Shown: positions 7,667-18,316 of the stretch, in pieces | Layout: each line of letters begins with the position of its first letter | How positions within the stretch are numbered: position 1 is the first letter of the stretch | DNA from: a virus | Taxonomy: Duplodnaviria > Caudoviricetes | Length of the DNA: 61,579 nt | IMG/VR virus record: IMGVR_UViG_3300031965_000028 | Span: 1 to 61,579 of that record | Reading direction: 5' to 3' (one strand) | Translations under genes and position numbers: made by a program | The notes under the pieces: model-generated | Database searches by the model: none | Seen by the model: the letters and a program-made list of their open reading frames with translations, nothing else | What the model was told of the DNA's origin: nothing

Positions 7667-8634
7667 TGCCGAACGAAGCCGCACTGCTCGAGGTCCTTCG
7701 AAAGATTGTCAAGCCTATGCCTGCGCACCGGTCTACCAGGACTCCGGTGATGCGCGCCACTACGCAGGCCGACAGAGAGAGAGTGGCGCGGGCAAGCGCG
7801 GGTAACATAGTTCCCTCGACCGGACAGGAGCGGGGAGATCCGATCGAGACCCCCCAGACCAAGATCCAGGACATCCTCAACTTCGCGATAGACCCCGGCA
7901 ACTGGAACCCAGTAGGCCCCGCGCAAGCCACAATGTCGATCCCGCTGGAACGGCTGATTGAGCGATTAACATCGCGCGGCTCTCAGGGGGCAGATGCGCT
8001 GATCGCCAAGTCTCCCTCCCGGCTACTCAAGGAGCTGATCTCCAAGTTCAGTATGGGCGGCGGTCCTGAAGGTCGTGTCGGCTCCTATACACCTGCGCAG
8101 GTGGCATCCGGAGTAGTACCGGATGAGCTTATTCACACAGGCACGGGACCTAAGCTGGGCGGAGGCGAGGGGGTTCCCGGTTGGGAAAAGGTGGTGGCTC
8201 AGAAGGAGCTGTACCGTATAACCCAGCAGATGTTGGACGATCTCGGTATTCCGGCCGGAGAATCGGTGATCGCTCACCGTGGCGGTCCTCTGTACACCCC
8301 CGGATATCGGTTGACTCCGACTTCGGTGGATAGAGGAATTAGTAAAGGTTTTGCTCGTTCATTTGATGCTGATGAGTATCGCAAGACTCGGAAAATGCAT
8401 CTCACGGATCTGGAGTCCTACGAGGTTCCACGCACCTCCATCCGTGCCCTCGCAGGCATTCTATCGCGCGGCGATGATACTTCGCTCTCCGAAATGTTGA
8501 TCCCCTCTGCGACTCTGGCCAAGGGCAAAGTCGGTGATGCTATAATCCCCACCCTGGAATCCGATCCCAGCCTCATCAGGTCTATTCCTTCCAAGCTGCG
8601 TCGCGAAATAGCGCGGCTGTCGAAAGGTAAATAG
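7666..8634 (+). CDS. Hypothetical protein, possible C-terminal ADP-ribosyltransferase-fold domain
   Basis: HRGG...PTSVDRGISKGFA...YEVP...LSEMLIP resembles R-S-E ART motif order. Confidence 0.4.
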   Translation: MPNEAALLEVLRKIVKPMPAHRSTRTPVMRATTQADRERVARASAGNIVPSTGQERGDPIETPQTKIQDILNFAIDPGNWNPVGPAQATMSIPLERLIERLTSRGSQGADALIAKSPSRLLKELISKFSMGGGPEGRVGSYTPAQVASGVVPDELIHTGTGPKLGGGEGVPGWEKVVAQKELYRITQQMLDDLGIPAGESVIAHRGGPLYTPGYRLTPTSVDRGISKGFARSFDADEYRKTRKMHLTDLESYEVPRTSIRALAGILSRGDDTSLSEMLIPSATLAKGKVGDAIIPTLESDPSLIRSIPSKLRREIARLSKGK

Positions 8635-10221
8635 GTGGCTGTCGCTAAGTGCTGCTGGTGCGGCGGCTCTTTCGTCCGAGTAGACGGCCATTTCTGGTGT
8701 ACTACTCCCGCCTGCCGCGAGCGTCAAGCCGCTCATTCCGTCGCCGTCCAGATGGTGCCCCGGAAGAAGGCTCACTGGATGAAGAGAGGGCCGGAGCCGG
8801 AGCCGACAGTAAAGTACCTGTACGTTCCGGTGCCTCGTCAGGTGGAGTTCGACGCTTGCATGGCACGGTACTTACTGGGTGGAGGAGCTGCTGGTAGTAC
8901 CAAGTCCCATGGAGCCCGCTGGAATATGTATCGGCGCGCGATTGCCCTTCCTGGCTATGAGGGCCTGATTCTTCGCGAGACCTGGGACGAGCTTAATAAG
9001 CACCATTTCCGCTTGATGGATGCCGAGGCCAACGTCTTTCAGCAGCACGGTATCAACGCCCGCTTCTCTATTACTAACCGCGAGATGACGTTCTACCACG
9101 CCAACGGCATCAAGTCGGTGATCGAGGGCGGTCACATGGAGAATCCGGAGGATGTCAAGAAGTACCTGTCGAGGGAGCGCGACGAGATCGTTGCTGACGA
9201 AGGCTCCTTGTTTCCACCGCGACCCCTTCTTGAGCTATCTACCCGTGCCCGCTCCACCAAGCCTCAAATTCTCGCCGCTGGCTTCCGAGGTCTGTTCCGG
9301 GTCTACACCAATCCCGGCGGTCCTGCCTCCTCTACTCTCCGCGACTTCTTTATCGATCACTCTCCCGATTGGGATCAGTTTCCGGCCAAGCTGCGTGAGG
9401 ATTATCGTCCCTCTGAATGGGTATACATCCCCGGCATCTTAGAAGACAATCCTTACCTCGACGAGAACTACGAGAGGGATCTTGCTATTCTTTCCCCGTG
9501 GCGCTACGAGCAGCTCCGCCACAACAATTGGGATATCATGGCGGGACAGTTCTTCCATGAGTTCAAGTCCTCCACCCACGTCAAGGACCTGGGCGATCCC
9601 GGTGGCGATGTCGAGTGGTTCCGTTCCATGGATTGGGGCTACATTAACCCTGGCGTCTGCCTCTGGTGGGCGTGTCTCCCTGATGGCGTCCTCTATATCC
9701 GTAAGGAACTCAAGTTCTCCCACACCTCCATTCCCGAGGTTTCCGACCAGATCCGCGAGATTACCAAGGATCTCGGTATCCCCCGCGTCCGCTATACCTC
9801 CGCCGATCCTTCCATCTTCTCTCAGTACGGAGGCAGCAGCAGCGACAAGCAGGAGGGGGAAACCATTGCCGAGACTTTTGCTCGACCTCCGTGCCGCGTC
9901 CCGCTGGTCAAGGCCGACAATAACCGCTCTTCCGGCTGGCAGCGGATAAGGGAGCTGCTGCGATTGCGCCCCGATGGTAAGCCGTGGCTAGTCATCCATC
10001 CCGATTGCCGCTACCTCATCCGCACTTTTGCCGCTGCTACTTCGGCCAAGCACGATCCCGAGGATATTGGGTTCGAGGATGACCACGCTCTTGATGCTGC
10101 TCGCTATGGTGGAATGTCGCGGCCTTCACCTACACGGAAATCCAAGGTGGGGTCATCGAAGACATTCCGGGCCGCGCAGGAGAGGGTCAGACAGCATCAG
10201 CGCCAGTTAACCGTACGCTAG
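8635..10221 (+). CDS. terL: Terminase large subunit
   Basis: GGAAGSTKS Walker A, IVADE Walker B, TNPGG, LEDNPYL, nuclease SMDWGY, ADPS, DDHALDAARYG. Confidence 0.95.
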   Translation: MAVAKCCWCGGSFVRVDGHFWCTTPACRERQAAHSVAVQMVPRKKAHWMKRGPEPEPTVKYLYVPVPRQVEFDACMARYLLGGGAAGSTKSHGARWNMYRRAIALPGYEGLILRETWDELNKHHFRLMDAEANVFQQHGINARFSITNREMTFYHANGIKSVIEGGHMENPEDVKKYLSRERDEIVADEGSLFPPRPLLELSTRARSTKPQILAAGFRGLFRVYTNPGGPASSTLRDFFIDHSPDWDQFPAKLREDYRPSEWVYIPGILEDNPYLDENYERDLAILSPWRYEQLRHNNWDIMAGQFFHEFKSSTHVKDLGDPGGDVEWFRSMDWGYINPGVCLWWACLPDGVLYIRKELKFSHTSIPEVSDQIREITKDLGIPRVRYTSADPSIFSQYGGSSSDKQEGETIAETFARPPCRVPLVKADNNRSSGWQRIRELLRLRPDGKPWLVIHPDCRYLIRTFAAATSAKHDPEDIGFEDDHALDAARYGGMSRPSPTRKSKVGSSKTFRAAQERVRQHQRQLTVR

Positions 10222-10227
10222 TACTAC

Positions 10228-10257
10228 TTGCATCGTTACTCACACCTATGCTACACT
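10228..10257 (+). promoter_or_regulatory. sigma-70-type promoter TTGCAT-N18-TACACT
   Basis: Intergenic, TG extension. Confidence 0.55.
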
Positions 10258-10280
10258 ATTGGCCAACAGGAGATACACAA

Positions 10281-10562
10281 ATGGATGGACGCAACCTCTA
10301 CAGCATCAAGTTCCGTAAGGGAATGACGGGAGTTCAGTCCGGGTTCCTCACCGCCTCCTCGCTCGCTCGCGCCGAGGAGCTGGGCCATTACTGGTGCGAC
10401 AACCAGATTAATTGTCGCTTCATCCGGGTAGAGCCCGCCGTGATCGCAGATGAGTCGCTACTGCCCGGTGCCGAAGAAGAGGCAGTGGAAGAGGTAGAGA
10501 CAGAGATGGCGGAAGAATCGAAGCCCAAGTCCCGCAAGTCGTCCAAGGCGGCTGCAGCCTAG
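10281..10562 (+). CDS. Hypothetical protein (start MDGRNLY)
   Basis: AGGAG RBS before ATG 10281. Confidence 0.65.
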   Translation: MDGRNLYSIKFRKGMTGVQSGFLTASSLARAEELGHYWCDNQINCRFIRVEPAVIADESLLPGAEEEAVEEVETEMAEESKPKSRKSSKAAAA

Positions 10563-10784
10563 CTCGGGCCATCCGGTGGAACACACTTGCGGTCGATGTA
10601 GCGCCTATTATGATGATGCGGTCCATCTATCCATGTGCCCGCACATCATAGTGGACAATCCTATCTCCTTGTGTGTGGCTACGACCGAGGATTGCATTAA
10701 CGAGATCGTTAACGATACCTTGGTCGAGCTAGAAAATGCCCACCTGCCCATACCGCTGTGGTACCGTGAATCCTGAGGAGCCCG

Positions 10785-12680
10785 ATGCCTAGACAAACCG
10801 AAGCTGACCGCATCAAGCTCTGGGAGCGCCGTACCACTTCCGCCAACAAGCTATACGATAAGTGGTCGGAGCGGTACGAGACGAAGCTGCTGGAAGACTA
10901 CTATCTCGGGAAGCAGTGGAAGGGGCTGGCGGAGGAGGATGCCCAGAAGCGTTATGTCATCAACCTCGTATTCTCCTCCCTCGAAGTAAATAAGCCCGCG
11001 CTGATCTTCCACCGCCCACAGGTTCGTGTACAGTCGCGTCCGGAGAGAAGCGATGACTTGGGCTCGATGTCCGAGGACCGCTCCCGTATCTCTCAGGACA
11101 TGATCCAGACCTTTATCGACGATCCTGACATCGATTTCGCGCTCGAAACCTCCCTCGCTCTTCAGGAGGCCCACTTTAGGTTCGGAGTCATCGAGGTAGG
11201 CTACACCGCCGATTTCATTGACAACCCCAACGCCGGTAAGCCGGTCCTAAAAGAAGATAAGGACGAGCCGGTACGGGATCGAGATGGTAAGGAGGTGCTC
11301 CAATCGGATCGTATCGTCTCTCACGAGAATCTCTTCATCAAGCGCGTTCCTGCCTCCACCTTCCGCTGCTCCCTCTCGTCCAAGAACAAGATGGCGCGGA
11401 ACGACTGGGTAGGATACTACGAGTGGCATTACGTTGAGGATGTCAAGCGGAATAAGAACTATAAGAACACGGCGGGGTTAAAGCCGACCGGGTTAATTGC
11501 GAAGGACCTGCGGTCGGACGGCGATGGTGATCTGGAATCCGAGCAGCATCATGGTATGGTGAAGCTGTGGAAGGTGTGGGATTTACGTTCGGGTACCCGC
11601 CACGTTCGCGCGGAAGGTCACCCTAAGTTCCTGCTCGAGGATGTCAAGTATAAGTTCCTTCCTTTCTCCGTTATCAAGTTCCACGAAGTCCTCGATTCCT
11701 TCTACCCGCTACCGCCCGTCTACCAGTGGCTGGGACCGCAGGACGAGGTTAACGAGACGCGCGAGATGCAGCGGGCGCATCGGAGGCGATTCTACCGGCG
11801 CTATACCTACCAGGAAGGGTCGATTGATGAGACGGAACTGGAGAAGCTGGAATCAGGGGGAGACGGGGTATACGCGAAGTCGAACCAGCCCGATCCTCTC
11901 CACCCGGTTGCCGATGCCCCGTTGTCCTCCGACGTATGGCAGCATCTCGACGAGTCCAAGCAGGACTTCATGGCGGTATCAGCCATTGGCGGCGATCAGC
12001 GCGGGGTTGCAGAATCTGAGACTGCTACCCAGGCTTCCATCATCGATGTCCGCTCCCGCCTTCGTGAGTCCTCCGCCCGTACCCGCGTTGCTGACTGGCT
12101 GGCCAGCGTTTCTCGTCTGATCCTTCTTACTGTTCGCGAAAATATGGCGCTACCATTCTGGATCAAACACCAGGTGGATATGATTGCAGCACAGGCGGCA
12201 GGACCGGCAGAGGCGCAGAAGGTACAGGAGCTGTGGAAGCAAATTAAATCAGAAGACTTAGGCGATATGGATTTAGAGGTATATATCGACCTCGCTTCCA
12301 TGTCTCCTGTCACCGAGGACGTTCAGCGCAATTCCTGGAATCAGGTGCTGGCGTTGCTGACCAACCCTCAGATCCTGATGCTGATGGCGCAATCGGAGGT
12401 GATATTGCGCAAAACTCTTACCCTATATGGGGTCCGCGCCGAGAACGAGATCCAGGAAATCAAGAAGGTGGCGCAGCAGACAATACAGATGATGCAACAA
12501 CAGGCAGCAGCGGAAGCAGCGGCGAAGGCGAAGCTACCGGGTAGTGCTGGGGCGCTATCAGAGGCGGCAGCAGGAGCGGGAGGAGCATCACCCGAAGGTA
12601 CCATGAGCGAAGTCGGCGGCACCCCAATGGCTCCGGAGCTGGCGGCGATGGCAGAGGCAGCGGGCGCGGGGATGCAGTAG
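10785..12680 (+). CDS. Portal protein
   Basis: 631 aa after TerL; INLVFSSLE, TATQASI motif, podovirus-type portal features. Confidence 0.85.
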   Translation: MPRQTEADRIKLWERRTTSANKLYDKWSERYETKLLEDYYLGKQWKGLAEEDAQKRYVINLVFSSLEVNKPALIFHRPQVRVQSRPERSDDLGSMSEDRSRISQDMIQTFIDDPDIDFALETSLALQEAHFRFGVIEVGYTADFIDNPNAGKPVLKEDKDEPVRDRDGKEVLQSDRIVSHENLFIKRVPASTFRCSLSSKNKMARNDWVGYYEWHYVEDVKRNKNYKNTAGLKPTGLIAKDLRSDGDGDLESEQHHGMVKLWKVWDLRSGTRHVRAEGHPKFLLEDVKYKFLPFSVIKFHEVLDSFYPLPPVYQWLGPQDEVNETREMQRAHRRRFYRRYTYQEGSIDETELEKLESGGDGVYAKSNQPDPLHPVADAPLSSDVWQHLDESKQDFMAVSAIGGDQRGVAESETATQASIIDVRSRLRESSARTRVADWLASVSRLILLTVRENMALPFWIKHQVDMIAAQAAGPAEAQKVQELWKQIKSEDLGDMDLEVYIDLASMSPVTEDVQRNSWNQVLALLTNPQILMLMAQSEVILRKTLTLYGVRAENEIQEIKKVAQQTIQMMQQQAAAEAAAKAKLPGSAGALSEAAAGAGGASPEGTMSEVGGTPMAPELAAMAEAAGAGMQ

Positions 12681-12684
12681 GCTG

Positions 12685-13002
12685 ATGCCACTTTACGATT
12701 ATCGCTGCGACTCCTGTAACGCTGAGGTGGAGCTGTTTTGCCTAATGGCGGTGCGCCACGAGCAGAAGTGCGGCTGTGGGTACACTCTTACCATGATCCA
12801 CAAGCCGACTCCTCACTATCGCCCGTTCGAGCCTTACTTCGATGAGGGGCTGGGAGTACACGTGACCGGTAAGCAGCATCGTCGCCGCGTGATGCGCGAT
12901 CTTGGGTTTGATTTCCGTGACCATATGAGCAAGGGCGATCAGTCGATGCGGCTGGATAAGGTGAACGAGGCCCGCAAGCGCAAGGAGCGAGCCCGACGGT
13001 GA
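12685..13002 (+). CDS. FmdB-family zinc-ribbon protein
   Basis: MPLYDYRCDSC...CGCG; usual position after portal. Confidence 0.85.
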   Translation: MPLYDYRCDSCNAEVELFCLMAVRHEQKCGCGYTLTMIHKPTPHYRPFEPYFDEGLGVHVTGKQHRRRVMRDLGFDFRDHMSKGDQSMRLDKVNEARKRKERARR

Positions 13003-13011
13003 TGTACCTAC

Positions 13012-13041
13012 TTGACGCCGAGGCAACTACCGGCTTACAAT
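13012..13041 (+). promoter_or_regulatory. sigma-70-type promoter TTGACG-N18-TACAAT upstream of head genes
   Basis: Near-consensus hexamers, intergenic. Confidence 0.7.
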
Positions 13042-13492
13042 TGTCGATTAACTGAGGAGCTGCATATGTGCGACTACCCGATGAGTACCGCCGCCTCTGC
13101 CAAAAAGGAACGGGATTACCGTGCAGAGAGCGACCAGCGCACCTTGATGTCGGCTGCCGAAGTGGTGGCGGACTCGATTCGGATGAAAGCGGCAATGGGA
13201 CTAATGAACCAGAGCCGCAGGGGAATCGACAAGATGCTGGGAATTTTGACCAGCCGCCGTACAAGGACGGCAAAGCTGCGGAAGGCGGCGTACTAGCCGT
13301 GCCGCTAGGTGCTGGAGTCAGGTACCGCATGAAGAAAACCTCCAAGGGTAACGTGCGCCTGGCATTCAAGGGCGGCAAGGTAATAGAGGCGACTCCGATG
13401 GCGGGAGCGCTTGCCGCCCATATCCGCAAGGGAAAGTTCAAGAAAGGGAAGCACGGATAGCGACAGTTAACAATCGATAACCGAGGATCACA

Positions 13493-14425
13493 ATGTCAAA
13501 TAAAGCCGCTGACCAACAGATCGATAGCATCGATGAGCAGTCCCAGACAACTGGTGACCAAGCGGGTGCTGCCGATACCGGCGTCAAGGGCGGGGCGGGC
13601 GATAGCACAACCGAAGCCGAAGAGACGACCAAAGAGACTGATACCGACGAATCGACTGGCGATGATACTGCGGTTGACCTCATAGGGCAGGAGAAGTTCG
13701 ACAAGCTGAAGGACGATCCTGCGGCCCTCCGTAAGGAGTTGAACAGGGCGGCTACGAAGAAGTTCCAGGCGCTGTCGAAAGAGCGCAAGGCAATGGAACC
13801 GTACTCCGCGTTCATCGGGAAGCTTCAAGAGAACCCGCGAGCGGCAATCACGGCTCTGGCGAAGCAACTCGGGATGGAGATGGGGGAACCGAAGACGGCG
13901 GCGGCGGCAGAAGCAGCGGCACAGAGCCTCGATGATCGAGTCTCCGCTGTGGTCAAGGCTTCGCTGGGTCCGGAATACGAGGATCTGGCCGATCGTCTTG
14001 CCCCCGCTATCCGGGAAGCGGCTAAGCTGGTGGCGGAGGAATCCGGCCGTCCGACAGCCGAGCAGCTTGATCAGGTCATCCAGGATTCGGCCCTTCGTGA
14101 GAGCGGACTCGCGATGGAAGCGTTCGCCAAGAAGCACCCTGACTGGAAGGATAGTGAGGAAGCAATGGTGGCGCTGTCCAACAAGATGATGCCCGGCGAA
14201 GGGATGACGGAGGTGGAATACCTGGAGAACCTCTACTTCCTGGTTACGCGAGAAGCCAACGAAGGCGAAGGTATCAAGAAGATCGTCAAGAAGATGACGC
14301 GGGCGGCGCAGTCCGAGTCAGGCGGTACTACGGTAGCGGATACCCACGTGTCGAGGACCTCTAACCGGCCCCCGACATTTCAAGAGGCTGCAGCGGCAGC
14401 GCGGCGCGGCGAGCGGTTCGAGTAG
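13493..14425 (+). CDS. Capsid scaffolding protein
   Basis: Acidic disordered N-terminus, helical, immediately before MCP. Confidence 0.75.
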   Translation: MSNKAADQQIDSIDEQSQTTGDQAGAADTGVKGGAGDSTTEAEETTKETDTDESTGDDTAVDLIGQEKFDKLKDDPAALRKELNRAATKKFQALSKERKAMEPYSAFIGKLQENPRAAITALAKQLGMEMGEPKTAAAAEAAAQSLDDRVSAVVKASLGPEYEDLADRLAPAIREAAKLVAEESGRPTAEQLDQVIQDSALRESGLAMEAFAKKHPDWKDSEEAMVALSNKMMPGEGMTEVEYLENLYFLVTREANEGEGIKKIVKKMTRAAQSESGGTTVADTHVSRTSNRPPTFQEAAAAARRGERFE

Positions 14426-14467
14426 CGATAACCGCTGGTTTGTGCTGTTGCTGTCTAAGGAGAAACG

Positions 14468-15523
14468 ATGCCCCCGAGTTCGTTAACACTCAATTACGAT
14501 GCGTTGCTCAGCACCACGCTGTTCAACTACCATCGTACGCTCGAAGACAACATCAGCAAGACCAACGCGCTGCTCTTCTACTTGATGAACAAGACAGAGG
14601 GCGGCTACGAAAAGGTGACGGACATCGGGGACCGGATGCAGGTGCCCCTGATGTACGAACTCGGAACCGCTGATTCCTACAGCGGCTACGACGTTCTCGA
14701 CGTTACCCCCATGGACGGAATCACTTCGGCTTTCTGGGAGTGGCGACAGGCATCGGTGCCCATTGCCATCTCGTCCCTGGAAGAGAAGAAGAACGCGGGA
14801 GAAGCCAAGATCCTCTCGCTGCTGGAATCCAAGACCAAGCAGGCGGAAATGGGCATCCAGGAGTTCTTCAACAAGCGATTCCTGGTGGGAGCAGGAGGGT
14901 CAGCGATCACCACCGCTTATTCCTCGCCCGCCAACGGGTCGCAATTCCTTGATCCGCTCGCATTGCTGATCAAGCTCGATCCTACTTCCTCGACCGTCGT
15001 GGGCAACATCAACCAGAGTACCCACTCGTGGTGGCGCAATCAGTTCACGGATGGCGGCGGATCTACCTACGCCGCATTCCTGAACATCCTCCGTAAGCTG
15101 CGGGTACGGTGTGCTCGTGGTCCCGGAGGCAAGCCGGACCTTCATCTGGTCGATGAGAACGTATACACGTTCTACGAGGCGGCGCTGGCGGCATCGCACC
15201 GCAATCCGAGCTATCAGAAGGCGGATATCCCGTTCGATAACGTCGGGTTCTATGGCTCGCCGGTCACCTATGACGAGCTGGTGCCCAATGTCAAGGACGG
15301 GGCGGAAACGGTGGACGAGACGGACGGTACCTGGTTCATGGTCAACACCAAGTTCTTCAAGATCAAGGTGCATGCCGGTACCAACTTCCAGCCGACGCCG
15401 TTCCAGAAGCCCGAGAATCAGGACGCGAAGGTTGCACACATCCTGTGGCTCGGCGGAGTGGGAATCAGCAACCGGCGCAAGCACGGGGTACTGGCCGACA
15501 TCGATACGACCGTCGCTTCGTAA
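14468..15523 (+). CDS. Major capsid protein
   Basis: 351 aa; LEDNI..NALL, SYSGYDVLDV...ITSA.WEWRQ, ILSLLESK, WWRNQ, terminal NRRKHGVL. Confidence 0.92.
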   Translation: MPPSSLTLNYDALLSTTLFNYHRTLEDNISKTNALLFYLMNKTEGGYEKVTDIGDRMQVPLMYELGTADSYSGYDVLDVTPMDGITSAFWEWRQASVPIAISSLEEKKNAGEAKILSLLESKTKQAEMGIQEFFNKRFLVGAGGSAITTAYSSPANGSQFLDPLALLIKLDPTSSTVVGNINQSTHSWWRNQFTDGGGSTYAAFLNILRKLRVRCARGPGGKPDLHLVDENVYTFYEAALAASHRNPSYQKADIPFDNVGFYGSPVTYDELVPNVKDGAETVDETDGTWFMVNTKFFKIKVHAGTNFQPTPFQKPENQDAKVAHILWLGGVGISNRRKHGVLADIDTTVAS

Positions 15524-15616
15524 TCTTCGAAAATGCGGGCAGTACTAGACTAGCGGTGCTGCCCGCCAAATCAACTCCGGGGACAATCCTCGGGAAAGTG
15601 AAAAAGGAGATCGATC

Positions 15617-16090
15617 ATGATTTTTCAACGCATCAATAGGACCGACGCCGAGAAGGTGTTCGCCATCTTTCAAAATGTGGCGGGCGCGACAATCACCGCG
15701 AACTACCCGGCGTGCTGGACCGGTTCTTCCATCGACGGCATCCGAGTAACGAAGCCTGCCACGGCGCTCCTGTCTACGTTCGTTGGGATCGCCAACGCTG
15801 ACATCGCGGACTCGGCCTATGGCCTTTTCCAGGTCTACGGCTACCGCGCGTCGGCGCTCGTCACCAATGATACCTCCCAGGCGGTAGCGGCGGGGGATAT
15901 TCTGATCCCCGTCAACGCTCAGTGGTACCTGGACTACTCGGCTGCCGGTGATGGTAAGTCGGGGTTCATCTACGCCGGGGAAGCGTTCGCAACCGATGCG
16001 ACCCCGGCCGCTGTGAACCAGAAGGTCCTCATCAGAGCATTGAGCGTTCTGATGTCGATGGGTATCGCATCAGTGGCACTTCTTGGCTAA
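15617..16090 (+). CDS. Capsid cement/decoration protein
   Basis: Follows MCP; FVGIANADIADSAYGLFQVYG pattern. Confidence 0.65.
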   Translation: MIFQRINRTDAEKVFAIFQNVAGATITANYPACWTGSSIDGIRVTKPATALLSTFVGIANADIADSAYGLFQVYGYRASALVTNDTSQAVAAGDILIPVNAQWYLDYSAAGDGKSGFIYAGEAFATDATPAAVNQKVLIRALSVLMSMGIASVALLG

Positions 16091-16577
16091 ACGCCCGTAC
16101 CAGAACAAAGCCTCTGCCGCCTACATGAAAGAGTGGCGGCAGAGGCCCGAAAACCGTGACCGGTTACGAGCCAAGGACCGCGCTAAATACAAAGTCAAGC
16201 GCAAGGACCCCAAGTGGGTAAAACGGGAATTGGAGCGCAAGACCCGGTACAGGCAGATAGTGGGCGAGCAGCCGGAATTTCGTGTAAAAGCCTCTGAGCG
16301 GTCTAAGGCTGGTTACCAACGGTTGCGAGCAGCGTTATTGGCTCTTTACGGTAACAAGTGCAGTTGTTGCAGGGAGACGGAACGAATGTTTCTTGAGCTA
16401 GATCACGTTAATGGTGGCGGGGCTAAGCACTACAAAGAGTGCAAGAATGCTGCTACTGCTTACCGTCAGATACTGGCTTTAGGCGGCTCACCGGATTACC
16501 GACTGCTTTGTGCCAATTGTAATTCCGGCCGTCAACGCAATGGTGGCATATGTCCACACAAATCAGGAGACCAGTAA
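16083..16577 (+). CDS. HNH homing endonuclease
   Basis: CSCC.E....LELDHVNGGG...LLCANCN. Confidence 0.85.
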   Translation: MAKRPYQNKASAAYMKEWRQRPENRDRLRAKDRAKYKVKRKDPKWVKRELERKTRYRQIVGEQPEFRVKASERSKAGYQRLRAALLALYGNKCSCCRETERMFLELDHVNGGGAKHYKECKNAATAYRQILALGGSPDYRLLCANCNSGRQRNGGICPHKSGDQ

Positions 16578-16933
16578 TGGTAAAATCCAAGCACGAGTCC
16601 GAAACCCCCCGCTGCGATTGTGATGCCATGAACGTTCCTCACCACCACGAGAAGGGCGGGCCAGTGGCTATGACCGGGGGCGTAGAGTCAGCGGTAGAGG
16701 AGGCGGTGGAGGCAGAGGAGCCCAAGACCGCGAGCGTCGAAGAGGCAGAGGAGCCCGGAACGGTGGATGGCATCCTGTCCGATAGCGCTCACGATATTAT
16801 CGGTATTGTCTCTGGGATCACCGATACTCGTAGGCTCGGCACTCTGGCTCGTCACGAAGAGAACGGCAAGGCACGGTCAACGGTCATCGCGGCCATTGAA
16901 GCGCGAATCGCGGAGCTAAGGGAAAGTCGGTAA
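16577..16933 (+). CDS. Hypothetical protein with small helical C-terminal domain
   Basis: AGGAG RBS; EENGKARSTVIAAIEARIAEL. Confidence 0.6.
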   Translation: MVKSKHESETPRCDCDAMNVPHHHEKGGPVAMTGGVESAVEEAVEAEEPKTASVEEAEEPGTVDGILSDSAHDIIGIVSGITDTRRLGTLARHEENGKARSTVIAAIEARIAELRESR

Positions 16934-16934
16934 C

Positions 16935-17747
16935 GTGCAACTGCAGCTCGAAGTCACGGCGGTATGCAATGCCGAATGCGTATTTTGCCCCTATCCGACC
17001 ATGAAGCGGCCAAAGGGCACGATGGGTATGACATTGTTCCGCCGTATTATCGACGAGGCTACTACCATTCCCATCATCGATCATATCACTCTTACCGGCC
17101 TCGGGGAAACGCTCCTGGATCGCTTCGTGGTTGACCGTATCCGTTACATCCGTTCCGTGATGCCCGCCGTAATGATCGACCTCTATACCAATGGGACCTT
17201 CCTGCGCCCCAAGATGGTCGATGCTCTTTACTCCGCTGGTCTTTCCGTCCTGTATGTATCTCTTAACGCCGTTACTCGCGACAAGCGCCTGCAGGTCATG
17301 AAGCTGGATGACTTCGACCAGGTGGTGGAGTACATCGAATATGCGATGACCAAGCCCAACTGGAAAGTCGTTGTCAAGGGGATAGTCACCAAGGATTTGA
17401 TGGAGCAGGGAGATAATGAGGAGTTCGCCCGCCGCTGGGGGGGCTCCTATAATGCTGGTGGCAATGCCTTCCTTCACCTGGAGGGCAATTGGGCGGGTGC
17501 GATGTGGCCCATGCGCCTTAAGATGGACGAGCCCTGCGGCCGTGCGCTTAACCAGCTCATGGTACTATGGGACGGCAGAGTAAGCCTGTGTTGCTTCGAT
17601 AGTGAAGGCGAGGAGATTCTAGGGAATCTTAATCATCAAACCTTGCGAGAAATGTACAACGGGGGGCGCGCACTAGAGATCCGTACCGCCCACATCGAGG
17701 GCAGACGACAGGAAATAGGGATATGTGCTAACTGCACCGGAATCTGA
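16935..17747 (+). CDS. Radical SAM protein with SPASM/twitch domain
   Basis: CNAECVFC (CxxxCxxC), GLGETLL, TNG, C-terminal C...DGRVSLCCFD...CANC. Confidence 0.92.
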   Translation: MQLQLEVTAVCNAECVFCPYPTMKRPKGTMGMTLFRRIIDEATTIPIIDHITLTGLGETLLDRFVVDRIRYIRSVMPAVMIDLYTNGTFLRPKMVDALYSAGLSVLYVSLNAVTRDKRLQVMKLDDFDQVVEYIEYAMTKPNWKVVVKGIVTKDLMEQGDNEEFARRWGGSYNAGGNAFLHLEGNWAGAMWPMRLKMDEPCGRALNQLMVLWDGRVSLCCFDSEGEEILGNLNHQTLREMYNGGRALEIRTAHIEGRRQEIGICANCTGI

Positions 17748-17749
17748 CA

Positions 17750-18316
17750 GTGCCCGTATACACCCCCGCCTCTCGTCTGTATGGCCCGTACGCCGGTAAA
17801 GACAACCTCAATCTGGGGTGCGCCTTGAACCACGAGTCGGGCTTTACTAACCTGGATTGTGATGAACGCGCCTGCCCCGATGTCATTCACGATCTCGAGG
17901 TAACCCCTCTCCCATTCCCTGACTCTTCGTTTGATCTAGTCCTCGGCCCTCATGTCTTCGAGCACATCCGCAACATCATTCCGCTTGTCGCTGATATCCA
18001 CCGTATCTTGCGTCCAGGCGGCTACCTTGTCGCCGTCGTCCCTCATGCTGGCTGCGATTCTGCCTGGGACTCTCCCGCCCATGTCCGCTCCTTTACTGCA
18101 GCTACCTGGACTTACTTCGACCGGCGTACCTACGAGAAGGACCATAGCACTCACGGGGCGTGGCAGGGGGCGCTATACCGGGACTGGGATATCATCGGCA
18201 TCATGCTGATCCCCCACAAGGAGTTTACAGGGGATCCGCAGGTGGAGACAAAGGCGCGGCACTGGAGAAACGTTATCAACGAAATTCATGTAACGCTAAA
18301 GGCGGTGAAGCAGTGA
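17750..18316 (+). CDS. Class I SAM-dependent methyltransferase (Methyltransf_11-like)
   Basis: LNLGC, LPFPDSSFD, HVFEH, IHRILRPGG. Confidence 0.9.
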   Translation: MPVYTPASRLYGPYAGKDNLNLGCALNHESGFTNLDCDERACPDVIHDLEVTPLPFPDSSFDLVLGPHVFEHIRNIIPLVADIHRILRPGGYLVAVVPHAGCDSAWDSPAHVRSFTAATWTYFDRRTYEKDHSTHGAWQGALYRDWDIIGIMLIPHKEFTGDPQVETKARHWRNVINEIHVTLKAVKQ

